Below are positions 1 to 11,192 of a DNA stretch of 64,000 nucleotides, piece by piece. The notes under the pieces are model-generated. The model ran no database searches, was not told the DNA's origin, and saw nothing but the letters and a program-made list of their open reading frames with translations. This DNA is from Squalus acanthias. Its lineage: Eukaryota. The DNA lies in NCBI GenBank assembly GCA_030390025.1, contig CM059425.1:153636001-153700000 (forward strand). Direction: 5' to 3'. The position numbers were made by a program, and so were the translations under genes. Position 1 is the stretch's first letter, and every line of letters starts with the position of its first letter.

Positions 1-225
1 CTAAGCTCGCTCTGAAAAGTGAGCATGCACCAGACTGACAGAGATGCTGTCAGCACTTCTTAAAGGAACACACACATCTTTCAGGTAAGTTTACATTTAA
101 GCTTTTGGGCTGGGTTTTTTATATTTTATTGAAGTAGTGGCTTGGTGCAACACATTATAAAGATTTTAAAATGTGCAGGGAGTGCAGGGAGTGCTGCTGA
201 ATGCTTGCAAGGCCTCGGATGAAGA

Positions 226-340
226 CAGAAAATGCTGGAAATACTCAGCAGGTCAGGCAGCATCCATGGAGAGAGAAACAGAGTTCACGTCTCAGGTCGA
301 CATGCTGCCTGATCAACTAAGTATTTCTAGCATTTTATGC
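226..340. repeat. Penelope-terminus-derived inverted repeat (~38-bp arms) inside the Harbinger
   Basis: CAGAAAATGCTGGAAATACTCAGCAGGTCAGGCAGCAT ... ATGCTGCCTGATCAACTAAGTATTTCTAGCATTTT. The same sequence forms the Penelope end at 35700-35767 and 51715-51830. Confidence 0.8.
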
Positions 341-894
341 TGTCATTTCACACTTACAACATCCGCTTGGATAGGGAAGAGGAAAACGCAGGAGAGGAAG
401 ACGCAGAAGAGGAAGACGCAGAAGAGGAGGATACAGAAGAGGAGGAAGCAGAAGGAAGGATGCAACGCAGACAGCCCCTTTCTGGCCGGGATAACCGGGA
501 TGGAATCATCCATCTGCGTACCAGTGAACACAACCCCAATTCCAATATCAACATTTGTGCCACACCTTACCTTCCCTCTGTTACTGACCACACAGCGACA
601 TCTTGGCCACAATGCTGAAATAAAAGCCACCACAAAGCAAACTTTCCAATCCAACTTCATACATCTATCCATCCAATATGACATGAAGAAATCAACTAAT
701 CACCCTTATGCATTCCCTTAGTGACTGTCTTCTGCATGCCTTTGCCTATCCTAGTGATGTCACGCAGTGCTACCCCAGTGGCTGCAGCATGGCTGCTGGA
801 AGCTGCTGACTTTCAGTGGGGGACACTGCAGATGGCCTTGCAGGTCAACCTTGAGGAGCTGGTGGCTGGGAGTGTGAAATTGAGTGATGACATT

Positions 895-920
895 TCTTCT
901 TCTTCTTCTTCTTCTTCTTC
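895..920 (+). repeat. (TTC)n microsatellite
   Basis: Direct reading. Confidence 0.9.
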
Positions 921-1326
921 ACTCTCCTCTCCCTCTTCATGGTCAACCACTGGCTAGGCAGGCTGCATTTCTTGGGTGTGTGAAATGAGGAAGGCATAAG
1001 GGTGGAGTTGTGGTGAGGGGAGGGCGGGAAAGCAAGAGGTGCATGCCAGAAGGAGGATAATGTATGAGGATACCCGCATCTTGTATCCTTTCAGCCCTGC
1101 CGCTGACCAAGGGCTCAGCCATGCCCCTGCCAAGAATGACCTGCACCATCTCCTCCAAGGGGGTGAGGTGAGGCTAGGATTGGGAAGTGTGCCTCATGTT
1201 TTCTACATATTGTTGGTAGGCGAGTGATTTTGCGGGGCGGGGCGGGGGGGGAGTCGTGCATTGTGAAGTATGTGAGGCTAGTGGTGCAGTTGGTAGGAGA
1301 TGGCTTTTGAAGGTGTTTTCACTGAC

Positions 1327-1555
1327 ATTGACCACTGGTCTGAGGTCATGAAGCTTCTTAGGGCACTGGAGCCAAGTCGTGGGGGTGACATTGCTGGCAG
1401 TGACGGCCTCAGTGATCTGGTCCCACATCGTTCTTTCTGGAGGGCCTCCTGGCCCCTGTGGGTACAGGACCTCTCTTGCAGTGTTGACCCCCTGCACAAA
1501 GCTGGAGTGCTGCATGTGAGACACTGGGTGCCCCTTCCCTGGCTTGCTGAGCCAT
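1327..1555 (-). pseudogene. Harbinger Myb/SANT-like protein exon 1 (frameshifted)
   Basis: MAQQAR...VQGVNTAREVLYPQG...MWDQITEAVTASNVTPTTWLQCPKKLHDL, followed by donor GTCAGT; matches the trihelix W..I...V......R...QC.KK..DL pattern. Confidence 0.8.
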
Positions 1556-2102
1556 TTGTCTTAGTGCTGAAGCACTTTTCCCATTTTTTTAGGAGCAGAA
1601 GGGAACTCAGCTTTAAGAGCTGAAGACTCCAATTTCGGAATTATTTGTAACGTTAATTTTTTTTTCAGAAGACACTTGAGCTGTAAGTGCTAAAAACTTT
1701 TTATATGATTTTTATTTTTTTCATTTTAGAAGGCAGTTCCCCTTTAAGGGACTGACACTGCTTTCTGAAATGACAGCCTTGCTTTAAGCGAAAGCTGTTC
1801 TTGCTGCAATGACGCTACAGCCGCACTACATTGGGTCTCCTGCTGGGACTACCACCACGAAAACGGTCTTGCATGGTACGTTTAGCGCTGGGCTATTGTT
1901 AATTAGCAACCAGCACCAATATCCCAGTCCTGCCAGCGCCATTAATTTTGGCGGCCATTAACTCCAGCTCTCCAATTTTTAGCCCCTTGTATGGAATATG
2001 GTCGTAATAATGTTTATACTGGAATATTTGGAGTGCGCAGTGACATGAACATTTTGCACTGCCTCATGAAGCAAGTGAATGGTCTCTTTCATTATTCTCT
2101 AG

Positions 2103-2285
2103 GTGTATGGGGGGATGTTACAGGTTCAGTGCTTTTCAGCTGTAAAAGATGAGCTTCCCTGGTCTTCTGTTGTAGACTCTCTAGTTTTTCTGGTGCAATC
2201 CAGAGATCGCCCCATGTATGATCCAGACATAATTGTCGAGCCTGCCCACGGCTTAACATTAATCAACGCAGAGTCCTGGATCTAA
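2103..2285 (+). CDS. Probable last coding exon of an unidentified host gene (...VYGGMLQVQCFSAVKDELPWSSVVDSLVFLVQSRDRPMYDPDIIVEPAHGLTLINAESWI*)
   Basis: Pyrimidine-rich acceptor TCTCTTTCATTATTCTCTAG|G, then a 60-codon open frame to TAA in non-repetitive sequence with protein-like composition. Protein not recognised. Confidence 0.55.
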   Translation: MYGGMLQVQCFSAVKDELPWSSVVDSLVFLVQSRDRPMYDPDIIVEPAHGLTLINAESWI

Positions 2286-2619
2286 TGTCTTGTGGTGCTG
2301 TTGTGTGTGTGCTTCTGGTCCATCATGTCATTTTCAGCAGATACATTCCCTTCTTTAGAAATGCAGACAGTGCCTTAGAACAACTAATTGGCAGTGAATG
2401 TGGTAGACACATCTGTGAAGATTTGACAGGTGGGGACAATTTTCAACTGCTGGTGTACATCGCTTCGAATCTCATCAGAATGATAATGCCCTCAAATATA
2501 TTCACAGCTCCAGGTGCAGATTTGGGGCTGATTATAGTGGTGGGTGTGAAAAACATCATGCAAGTGTAATTTAAAAGCATTGGGACAATAGAGTAACAAG
2601 AATTCTGAAAGCCTTTAGA

Positions 2620-2927
2620 AATTCTCTAAAGGAGTGCTCCTCCAGGGCCCACAACCAAAGAACTGGCCTCCGCTGCCGCAGACTCAGCACCAGCACCCCC
2701 CACCTTCCACTTGTGAAACCTTGCGAGTTGGGCCCGGCAGCTGATCCCACCACTTACCTGCTGCCTCCGGGCCATGCAATTTTCCACCACTTCTTGCTAA
2801 CTCCCGCTCAGAACGGGTGGGAAATTGGCAAGCAGGATTTACATGAGGCCCGGGAGTTAAAGTACCTTGGCCTCATTTCTGGAGCAGTGGGTGAGTTTCT
2901 AACTGGGCTGGAGTTAAAATCGGACTG
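2620..2927. mobile_element. Half of a degenerate Harbinger MITE
   Basis: GGAGTGCTCCTCCAGGGCCCAC and CACTTACCTG motifs shared with other MITEs here; ends GAGTTAAAATCGG. Confidence 0.55.
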
Positions 2928-3424
2928 TTGGTGTTTAATATTGGATTTTACTATGTATAAACTGCAGATGTGTCATGTTTTACAATAAGACTGTTACAGA
3001 AGACAAAGCACTACTTTATTAATTTTACTACTGGCACAGAAAACAATTATGGAGACAGAACATTACATCTGAGGATTTACAAGACTTTACTAGCATGGTA
3101 TGCCTTTTGGAGAGGACTTATGTATATAACTATGTCGGTACGATATCTATCTCTGACGAAAACAGACATGAGATGGCATTATTCATGTTGTTTAATAGAC
3201 TCAGGAGTAGACTAGTGTTGAGGTGCAGTCATCCTCTCTTTATTTCCTCAGCCATTGAGCAATATTTCCTTAGTGCTCATCTGTCCTGCACAATTAATTA
3301 TTGTGTTGTAGTTTAGCTCCTGCAGCTCTTTTCAGATCTATAATTTGTGTCCTAGAACTGTCTGCAGTTCTGGACACTTGTTTATTTATTAACTTTCTGG
3401 ACAATGATGGTCTGTGATTTTCAG

Positions 3425-4142
3425 TGCCTGCCTACCCTGTGGCTGGATTGGTCTCCCGCCCCCCCGGGCCCACCTCCATTGAAAAAATTGGGTGGGTTGC
3501 AGGCAGGTTAGGGTCAGGTTTGAAATTTAAACATCTTTTAGTGTGTGAGGCGCAGGCGTGATGCACGCCTGGTATTTATAGCTTACCCGTTAGGGGGCAC
3601 TAAAGCTTGGTGTTGCCTTACCTGCATCCTTTCTCCTCCTCTTCTTCTCCAAGTCAGATAAATAAAAGAGGGCTTCACATAGTGGCATCCATAATGCTAG
3701 GTGTAGGAAGCTTGTAAAAGTGCAGTCAATAAAATCCCTCCTATAAATCCCCTTCACGCAGAGTGAAGAACAGTGAGACAAATTTACTCAGAAGAACAAA
3801 TCACATTAGCTTGTTGCTGTAAACACTTTGCCACTCAAATGGCTAGTCTTGGATCTGTGGATCCCCAAATTTGAAAAATGCCCTGAGGGAGAAGAATAAT
3901 CATTTCGTAAACTATGCAAAATCATGTTGGCATCTAAGTGACATCACTTCCTGCTCATTTGCATATCATTATGAAGCTCCTGTCATATTGAACAAGACCT
4001 TCTGTCGCCCACCCCAACCTCTAACAGCAACCTGAGTGGTATGTGAACTGTATGGTGATCTGTTGGATCTCCGCCCATTTTTATGCTCCATTACACCCCA
4101 TCTGCACCTGTTTCCCAGATGTAACAGGGACCAAAATCAGCC
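3425..4142. mobile_element. Degenerate Harbinger MITE fragments
   Basis: CCCGCC/GGGTGGG motifs and an end resembling ...CCAAAATCAGCC. Confidence 0.4.
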
Positions 4143-4397
4143 ATATGGTCCTTTCTGTTTAGTGTGTGCCTTTATTTTCTTAACTTACTGCCAGAAGAAA
4201 GCTGAAACCTGGCAGAAAATGGGACACTGTTGTCTCAGCAGTAACTGGATGCATTTTTGCTCTATGCCCCTCTGTGGTTTACAGTCAAAAGAACAAAAAT
4301 AAGACCCATTTCTCTTGTACTATTGTTACCAGAACTTATTTTTTTCAAATTATTGTATATAACCTGAAGTTATCATGAAATCAGGATAAAACACACC

Positions 4398-5290
4398 GGG
4401 GGAAAAATTCAGTTGGTTGCGCCTCCCGTTAGCGCCTTAAGAGGGCGCTAATGGGGCGCAAAGCATCTAGCGCCCAGACGCGGCGATGTTTGCGCCGCTC
4501 GCAAAATTAACTAGACATTTTGCGGCGGCACTAAACACTACCGCCACGATCTCCTGCGCCGGCAGATCGTGACGTCAGTCGAGTGCGCAACGCCCCGGTA
4601 TCGTCCCGGAGCAGATATTGAGTGGCGCCCCCTGCCTTACTGCCTGACGCTAGCAACGACAGGTTGAGGGGAGTGTTTTGCAGTCATGAAGGGACTGGGG
4701 AGCGCTATTTAAAGGCGACCGCTTCCTGCCATTTATTGTTGGTGCCATTTTTGAACCACGCATTCTGAGAGAGAGAGAGAGAGACTTCTGGAGAGATTCA
4801 ACGCTGTGTGAAGGAGTTTTGGGTACTGAGCAGCACTTTGCAGGTTCATTTTGATTTGCCATTCCTTGTATCGATTTAGAAGAGATTGTGGGGGCTGCAC
4901 TCTGAGCTCTTTCCCTGGTACTCTCCATTGTTCTTTCCAGCAGATTTGATGAGCAGGTCTCTCCAGGCCGAGATTCAAGGCTGCAATGAGCAGGATGTGG
5001 ATGGAAAGCAAGATCAACCCTCCCCTTTAAGAACTGGCCAGTGCCATTGTGTGTGTGTTCCATTGCTGACTGACATCACATGAGCTTCGCCAGCGCTCTT
5101 AGGTAGAGCCTCGCTCCTCGGGCCTTTGCGCCTTAAGACAGGTGTGAAGCGCCTGATTTAGCGCTCCGATCACCTCCAGGGGCGATAAAAGTCAAGTTTG
5201 CAGTCGGTGGCGATAATTAACGCTAGGCACTAATCTTTGCACCCGGCCAATAATTGCGCCCCAAATGGGGCGATACTGAATTTCTCCCCC
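4398..5290. mobile_element. Harbinger MITE (TAGCGCC-motif family)
   Basis: TIRs GGGGGAAAAATTCAGT / ACTGAATTTCTCCCCC; CpG-rich; keeps the Myb ORF start (MESTRERAQ) on -; homologous to 11284-12072. Confidence 0.9.
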
Positions 5291-5633
5291 ACAGGTCCCA
5301 AAATCCATGGCCATTCCTGGGTACTCCTGCCATAACTTTGGCAAGAGTCTGTTGGAATGGCTTGAATCCAGGGTGGGACCCAGATATGTCAGCTTCCTGC
5401 CTTGGTCTGCAGTTTCCAGGTGGCCTTGAGGGAAGAATCTTCTGCCTGTCCCTTATAAGCCCATTGGTGCCGAAGGAAACCGGGACTCCCGAGGTCGGGG
5501 GCTTGTCTTTATTTGATCACGGGATGTGGACAATGCTACAAGGTCGCATTTATTGCCCACTCCCAACAAAGCTGGTATATGTTCAAGTCAGGATGGTGTG
5601 TGACAGGGAGGTTACTTGTGCTGGTGTTTCTAT

Positions 5634-6408
5634 GGACTCAATATTCACGGGGCTGTGTGTTCGGTGTAGGTGGGTGGGGAGGAGGAGTTATGGATGGGAA
5701 ACCCGGAATTACGGGTTTCCCGAACGTCCTGCAGTTTTTAAATGCAGGACATCTTTTAAATTTTTTCTCCAGGTTTCTCAGACAGCCTGATTGACAGGCT
5801 TGTCGGGCTGGAAAGCCTGCAGCACAAGGACCCATCAAGCAAAATGCAGGTAGGGAGGCATAGAAAGATTGCGGTTTGGGGGTCTTGTGGGGCTGGGGGG
5901 GCGGAAGGGAGAGATAGCTGGGGGGAGATCATGGTCGGGGGGAGAGCGTGGTCGGGGGAAGAGCGTGGTCGGTGGGAGATTGTAGTCGGGGGGTAGATAG
6001 TGGGAGATGGAAGCACGATCGCACGGGGTGGGGGGAGTCTACAGGGTAGCTTGTTGGGCCTGGAGGAAACACTCCTGCTCCTCCTGGTCCACAAGCAGTG
6101 CTGTAAAGGCACTTACCTTATGGATTCAGCCCTTCTCGCCTCCTTTTACCTGCCGGGTTTCCCAAGGCCCGGGAAACCTGGCCAGCATGAGTTAAAAATA
6201 GAAACACTTAAAATGAAGCCATGCAGCCTCCTTAAAAGGTTTCAATGGCCGACCCACCTCCTGTGAGTGGATTGGTTGCCTTCCCTCGTTGCGCCTCCGC
6301 TAAAACCGGAAGTGGGCAGGTTCTAGGTGGGTTGGGTTCCTGTTTGAGATTATTAACTTTTTAACTTCCGACCCAAAGCCACCCATGTTAGGGGTTAAAA
6401 TTACCTGG
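5634..6408. mobile_element. Harbinger MITE (AACCGGAAGTGGGCGGG family)
   Basis: TAT target duplication at 5631-5633 / 6409-6411; homologous to 10230-10869, 18408-19186 and 24652-25502. Confidence 0.8.
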
Positions 6409-6660
6409 TATGATTTTGCTGCTCTTGTCCTTCTCATGGCACAAGTGGTGGGGTTTGGAGTTGTTGTCAAAGTAAATCGTCCACCCTGCCATCAGCTGTG
6501 TACCTGTGGGGGAAGGGATAGAGATTGAGACCCGAGGCAGGGGCGCTGATTAAGCAGATTGCTCTCTCCTGGGTGGTGTTGAGCACTGATCCAGGTCAGT
6601 GATGAGTATTCCCTCACATGCCTAACTTGAGTCTTGTAGATGGTGGAGGGGCTTTGAGAA

Positions 6661-6772
6661 AGAAAAGAAAGAATTGCATTTATATAGCTCCTTTCATGAC
6701 CACCTGATGTCCCAAAGCGTTTTACAGCCAGTGAAATACTTTTTGAAGTGTAGTCATTGTTTTAATGTAGGG
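6661..6772 (-). mobile_element. Deu-SINE (SacSINE1-like) 3' tail
   Basis: Reverse complement of the tail at 17700-17800. Confidence 0.75.
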
Positions 6773-7461
6773 ATGAGGAGATAAGCCACTGTTGCACAGT
6801 ATCCAGCCTCTGCCCTGCTCTTGTAGCCACAGTGTTGGTATGGCTGGTCCAGTTCATCATCTGATCAATGGTGGCTCCTAGAATGTTGATAGTTGAAGAC
6901 TCAGTGATGGTAGGTGCTGTTGAACATTAGGGGATGTAGTTGGGCCTTTCCTTGTTGGGGATGGTGATTGCCTGGTTCAGATTTGGTGCCAAACCTGGAT
7001 GTTGTCCATGTCCCAAGACATACCGTAGCTCATGAATGTTGTAGGATGACATGGGCTGCTTCAATTTGTGTGACCTCAGCCCTCACAGAAATTATGCGGT
7101 AACCAGGCGCTCCTCCCCTGCCAACCAGCGGTTATGGTTATGGCGCCTACCTGGTGGTCCAAGTCAGGATCAAGGCCTGAGCCCGCAAAGAGGAGCACAA
7201 CTTTCTTTTACATTTTTCAGTGCAGCCCCTTACAGAAGCATGGATGGCCGTGACTGGTATTGAAATGAAGGGGCCACCCTGCATCCTACAAACGAGCAGA
7301 CGTCCTGGGCAGATGCCTCAGCACGTATGCCAGAATGCACCACCCCGTGGATTTTCAGTGCCACAATTTAAAAGAAAACCTAGAGTTGGCCTGATGGATG
7401 GCGACACCAGCCGGTGTCGTATTAAGCCATACTGATGAGAAGGTGCGAAGCTCGATATATA

Positions 7462-9190
7462 GGCCGAGAAATTTGGGGGTATACCGCCAGCCGTTAAGGC
7501 CCGTTTTGAAGAAAAAATGGTGGCCGCCTTGCTTCTGCCTGCTTCCGGTGGGTTCCGCGGCGGCCCCCATTTTCAGCAGGTCGGCAGCGCTGCAGTTGCC
7601 TGTGCTCATTGCAGAAATGGAAATGAAGCAGATTGTGACATCAATGAATGTGCACCGTCGTCGCTCCACTATTCGCCATCGTCGCTCCACTTACCGCCCT
7701 CTCTTAATCACAACCAGCTGACCAAGTGTTCAGCAGCAGGAAGGAGCCTCCAGCAGCGTTATTTAAAGGGATCATCAACAACAACTTGCAGCTGACATGG
7801 TTTCTCAATTTGACTCACTCTGTGTAACTTTCTGCAACTCCAGCAGCTTCCTAAACTTGTTTCAAGTTCCTGAGATGACAGGGAGTGTTGGTACAAGTGG
7901 AGAACGCCTGCATTCTCATTTAAAGGCTTCTGCTCACAACACTTGCTCACAGTCTTGGGGGCTCTACTGGCAGCCCCCTCGCGCTTGAGTATCTTCGGGA
8001 GAGGGAGCAGAGGCAGCGAAGAAGAAGGGAAGATGCTCGCAGAGGGAGGAGGAGGAGGGGCAGGAGGGCTCTCGGCAGGAGGCCTTACCAACCTAGGGTC
8101 TTCCGAGAGCACTTCCCCTATCTCCACATAAGTGAGGAGAAGTGTATTAGGAGGCTTTGCTTCACCAAGGAGGTGGTCACAGAATTCTGTCACCTCCTGC
8201 AACTAGACCTACAGCCTCAGAGAAGGGTGAACCCGGCTCTCCCAGTGGCGCTCAATTTTTTCACCAGCAGATCATTCCAGTCTGCAGCAGGAGACAGAGC
8301 TAACATCTCCCAGTTCGCCGTCCATCGCTGCATCCAGGAAGTCACAGAGGCTATCTACTCCAGGAGAAGGGAATACATTGGGCCAGATATTCCGACCCCC
8401 ACGGGTGCATACGAGGTGTGTACGCACCCATAGGGGCCTCACAAGTGCCGGTTTCAGGCATGCGAAGTGCATGTGCTAAAACCCGGCACTTCCGATCTGT
8501 CAAGAATCCTCTTGACAGATCGGACGCCTGCCCAGGAGAAGGGCCTCTGCGGGCGGAGAGTTCCGCTTTCTGCAGAACCTCCGCCCTCTGAAATCTCTTA
8601 AAAATCTTACGCCTGGTAAGGCCTGCTTTTACCAGCATAAGAGTTTAAAAAAATAAAAACATAATTTTTTTTCCCACTCATTTTTAATTTAAAAATACTT
8701 TAAAAAAGATACGTTTATTCTTAGCCCCGTAAAAAACTTTAATTATTTTTTTTTTTAAATTAAATTTTTGTTTAAAATATTTAATTTAATGTAATTTTAA
8801 TTAATTTTAAATACGTGATTTTAAAAAAATGTATTTAATGTTTATCTGTGTTTTTTAAGTGATCCCCATTCATACTTTTGACAGATCCGTGCGTAGAGTC
8901 CTGTCAAAAGTGTGCAGGGGGATTCCCTTCTTTGATTGGTTCCCCATGGCCCACGTGATCCCAGGGGCGCTTGCAAAAAGCCTGGGCCCCTGGGATACCT
9001 GGGCCTCTGCGCATTTCGTAGAGCAGAGGCCCAGGATCGGAAGTCTCGGGACCTACGGAGCCAGCCGGTAAGTGCGTAGATTTTTTCCGATCGGAGGCAT
9101 CCGCCCGTAGGAAGTCTCCAATCAGAAAATCCGGCCCAATGTCTTCTCTCTGAACAGAGAGAAGCAGGATGTGCGTGCATGTGGGGTTTG
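7462..9190 (+). mobile_element. Harbinger 5' part with transposase N-terminus, interrupted by MITE 8380-9137
   Basis: TIR GGCCGAGAAATTTG; TATTTAAAG at ~7760; VTEFCHLLQ...LNFFTSRSFQSAAGDRANISQFAVHRCIQEVTEAIY (HARBI1-like HTH); resumes as REKQDVRACG after the insertion. Confidence 0.85.
8380..9137. mobile_element. Harbinger MITE with AT-rich core
   Basis: TIRs GGGCCAGATATTCCGA / TCAGAAAATCCGGCCC; flanks ATT/AAT; host transposase continuous across it (compare 26500-26555). Confidence 0.85.
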
Positions 9191-9593
9191 GGGGGAATGG
9201 ACTAGACAAATTGGGAGAAATAAATAGAGCATGATTTAAAATGCAAGTTAGGAAGAAGTTTGCATTAATGTACTGATATCCTTGATCAGTCACATAGTAT
9301 TAATATTTTCTAATGTTCGTTCAATGGCTTTTTAGGTCACTGTCGCTCCAGATCCAGAAAAATAGCATGCAATGCTCTCTCTATCGAGGCACAGCTCCAA
9401 ATGACAACATACTTTAATCTCATGTAATTACACATATCATAATGCTAACTCCATGAAATTGAACATAACCCCCATGTTATTATTTCAGAGCATTTGTCAT
9501 TGCATCTGACCTCTATCTTTAGTCTTGCTTTGCTGAATCAAACCAACTGAATTTAGCTTCCTTTAGCAAGGATCTGTACTTTATCTAAATTAT

Positions 9594-10111
9594 GGGGCGA
9601 TTTTAACCGTATCAGTCTGCTGGGAACCGGGTCCCAGGGCAATTAAAATCACTGAGCTTACTTACCTGCCCTCGAGTTGCCTGGATCCTGTCGACCACAA
9701 TTTTTATGAAGGCATCTGGATTGGTCCCTACACCGCCCGCCTGCCCGACTGCAATTTTTCTCAAGCCTCTGCGTGTAAGCATCTGTCGCTTTTACAGCAG
9801 GCTGAAGCAAGTCAGAAGAGGATTTGGAGATGAAGAGGCCCTGAAAGGTAAATTGTTACTTCAATAGGAAAGCTTAGGATTCCCGTGCCCCGGACTCCAC
9901 CCCCGACGATATGATCCCGGAACCCCCGACTCCACACCTACCTGCATACTGATGGGTGGCCATGGGCTGCCTAATTTTCATGAGACTGGCAACCATTTCC
10001 CGCATGGTAATGAAGTCTGGCAGTTAAAATATCCATGGCCTTTTGTTGCTGTGGGTTGGTGGGAAATTAACTGTCTCCAATGGAAATCTGCTGAGAGTTA
10101 AAATAGACCCC
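9594..10111. mobile_element. Harbinger MITE
   Basis: TIRs GGGGCGATTTTAAC / GTTAAAATAGACCCC. Confidence 0.7.
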
Positions 10112-10229
10112 AAACTCTCAGTTCTTCAGACACGGAAAAGAAACTGGACATCAGATGCAATTTGAGAATCCAGAATCAGCAAAGAATTAATCAGTAAATA
10201 AGAAACAAAAACACAAATAAACGCTTCGA

Positions 10230-10869
10230 CCATGCAGGCCTGGCTGGCGGGCGAGTAAGCCTGCGGCACCAGGCCGCGGTGAGGAGGGAGGGAGGGATGG
10301 TGGGTGTTCGGAGGTCAGGGGCTGGAAGGGAGTTCGGGGGCCAAGGATCGAAGGCCGGGGGGGTGGGGGTGGTGGTAGCGGTCGGGGGCCAGAAGGGGGA
10401 TCAGAGGTTGGAGGCCTCATGGGGGAGATCGGAGGCCTCTGGGTGGAGTTTGGAGGCTGGGGTCGGGGGTGGGGGGGGAGGTCGAGGGTAGATCGTAAGG
10501 GTCGGGGGGCTGTCAGATCACGGGGTTTGGCAAGGCAGGAACACTGGATCCAGCAGGTAAGTGGGAAGGCACTGACCTCCTGGATCAAACAGCCCTCGCC
10601 TCCCTTTAGCTGGCAGGCTCCCCAAGGCATGGGAAGCCCTGCCGCCCAGTTACATTTCAAATGGTGGACCAACATGAGGCACAGAGCCTCGCTATAATAT
10701 TTAAAGTGCCAGCCCTGCCTCCTGTGAGAGGGTTGGTTGCCTACCCAACCCGCCCCCCCATCCCGCCTCCATTAAAACTGGAAGTGGGCGGGTTGGAGGT
10801 GGGATGGGGTCGCCTTTAACCTCCCACCCAACCCCAACACATCCATTTTTGGGGGTTAAAATTCCCCCC
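10230..10869. mobile_element. Harbinger MITE, left-truncated (family of 24652-25502)
   Basis: Colinear with ~24800-25502; ends GGTTAAAATTCCCCCC. Confidence 0.8.
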
Positions 10870-10935
10870 ATGGAGTTAGGTCACAGATCTCATTAAATGG
10901 TGGAACAGGCTCGAGGGGCTAAATGGTTCCTGGAA
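10870..10935 (+). mobile_element. CR1 3' tail fragment
   Basis: GGAACAGGCTCGAGGGGCTAAATGG matches the CR1 tail at 62170-62260 (reverse complement). Confidence 0.6.
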
Positions 10936-11192
10936 GAGTAGTGAGACAGACTCCTGCATTCAATGAAATAAAGCAAATTAAATGAATATAAACAGGCTTT
11001 CAGTTTATTAGAGCAGAGCCTATTTGGTGAGATTGAGTGGAGCACAGTTCAAGTGGTCTAATTCTTAAATGTCTGCCCCTTCAACAAACAAAAGGGTGTG
11101 GGGAGTTCAAATTAATAACCAAGACCTGTGAATATACCAGCAGCAGCTATTAGCAAGCTCCTGAATCTCTGATGCCTAAACTTCGAAATTAA

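Larger units (their letters stand above)
1..1986. mobile_element. Internally deleted PIF/Harbinger derivative; left end lies outside the window
   Basis: Right TIR ...CCAATTTTTAGCCCC at ~1972-1986. Acidic transposase C-terminal remnant on + (~370-525, EEDAEEED...GRDNRDGII). Myb/SANT exon on - (1327-1555). An inverted copy lies at 22310-24183. Confidence 0.85.
5505..7015 (-). mobile_element. 3' fragment of the CR1/L2-group LINE family seen at 30138-32450, interrupted by a MITE and a SINE tail
   Basis: Tail CATTTATTGCCC and RT C-terminal sequence match the reverse complement of ~31650-32440, in three pieces (5505-5633, 6409-6660, 6773-7015). Confidence 0.7.

Noticed and set aside
173-721. 182-aa basic ORF and 93-aa acidic ORF as a host gene
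   Set aside because: They are alternative frames over a purine-rich repeat encoding the Harbinger acidic tail plus a Penelope hairpin, and are duplicated at 23700-24100.
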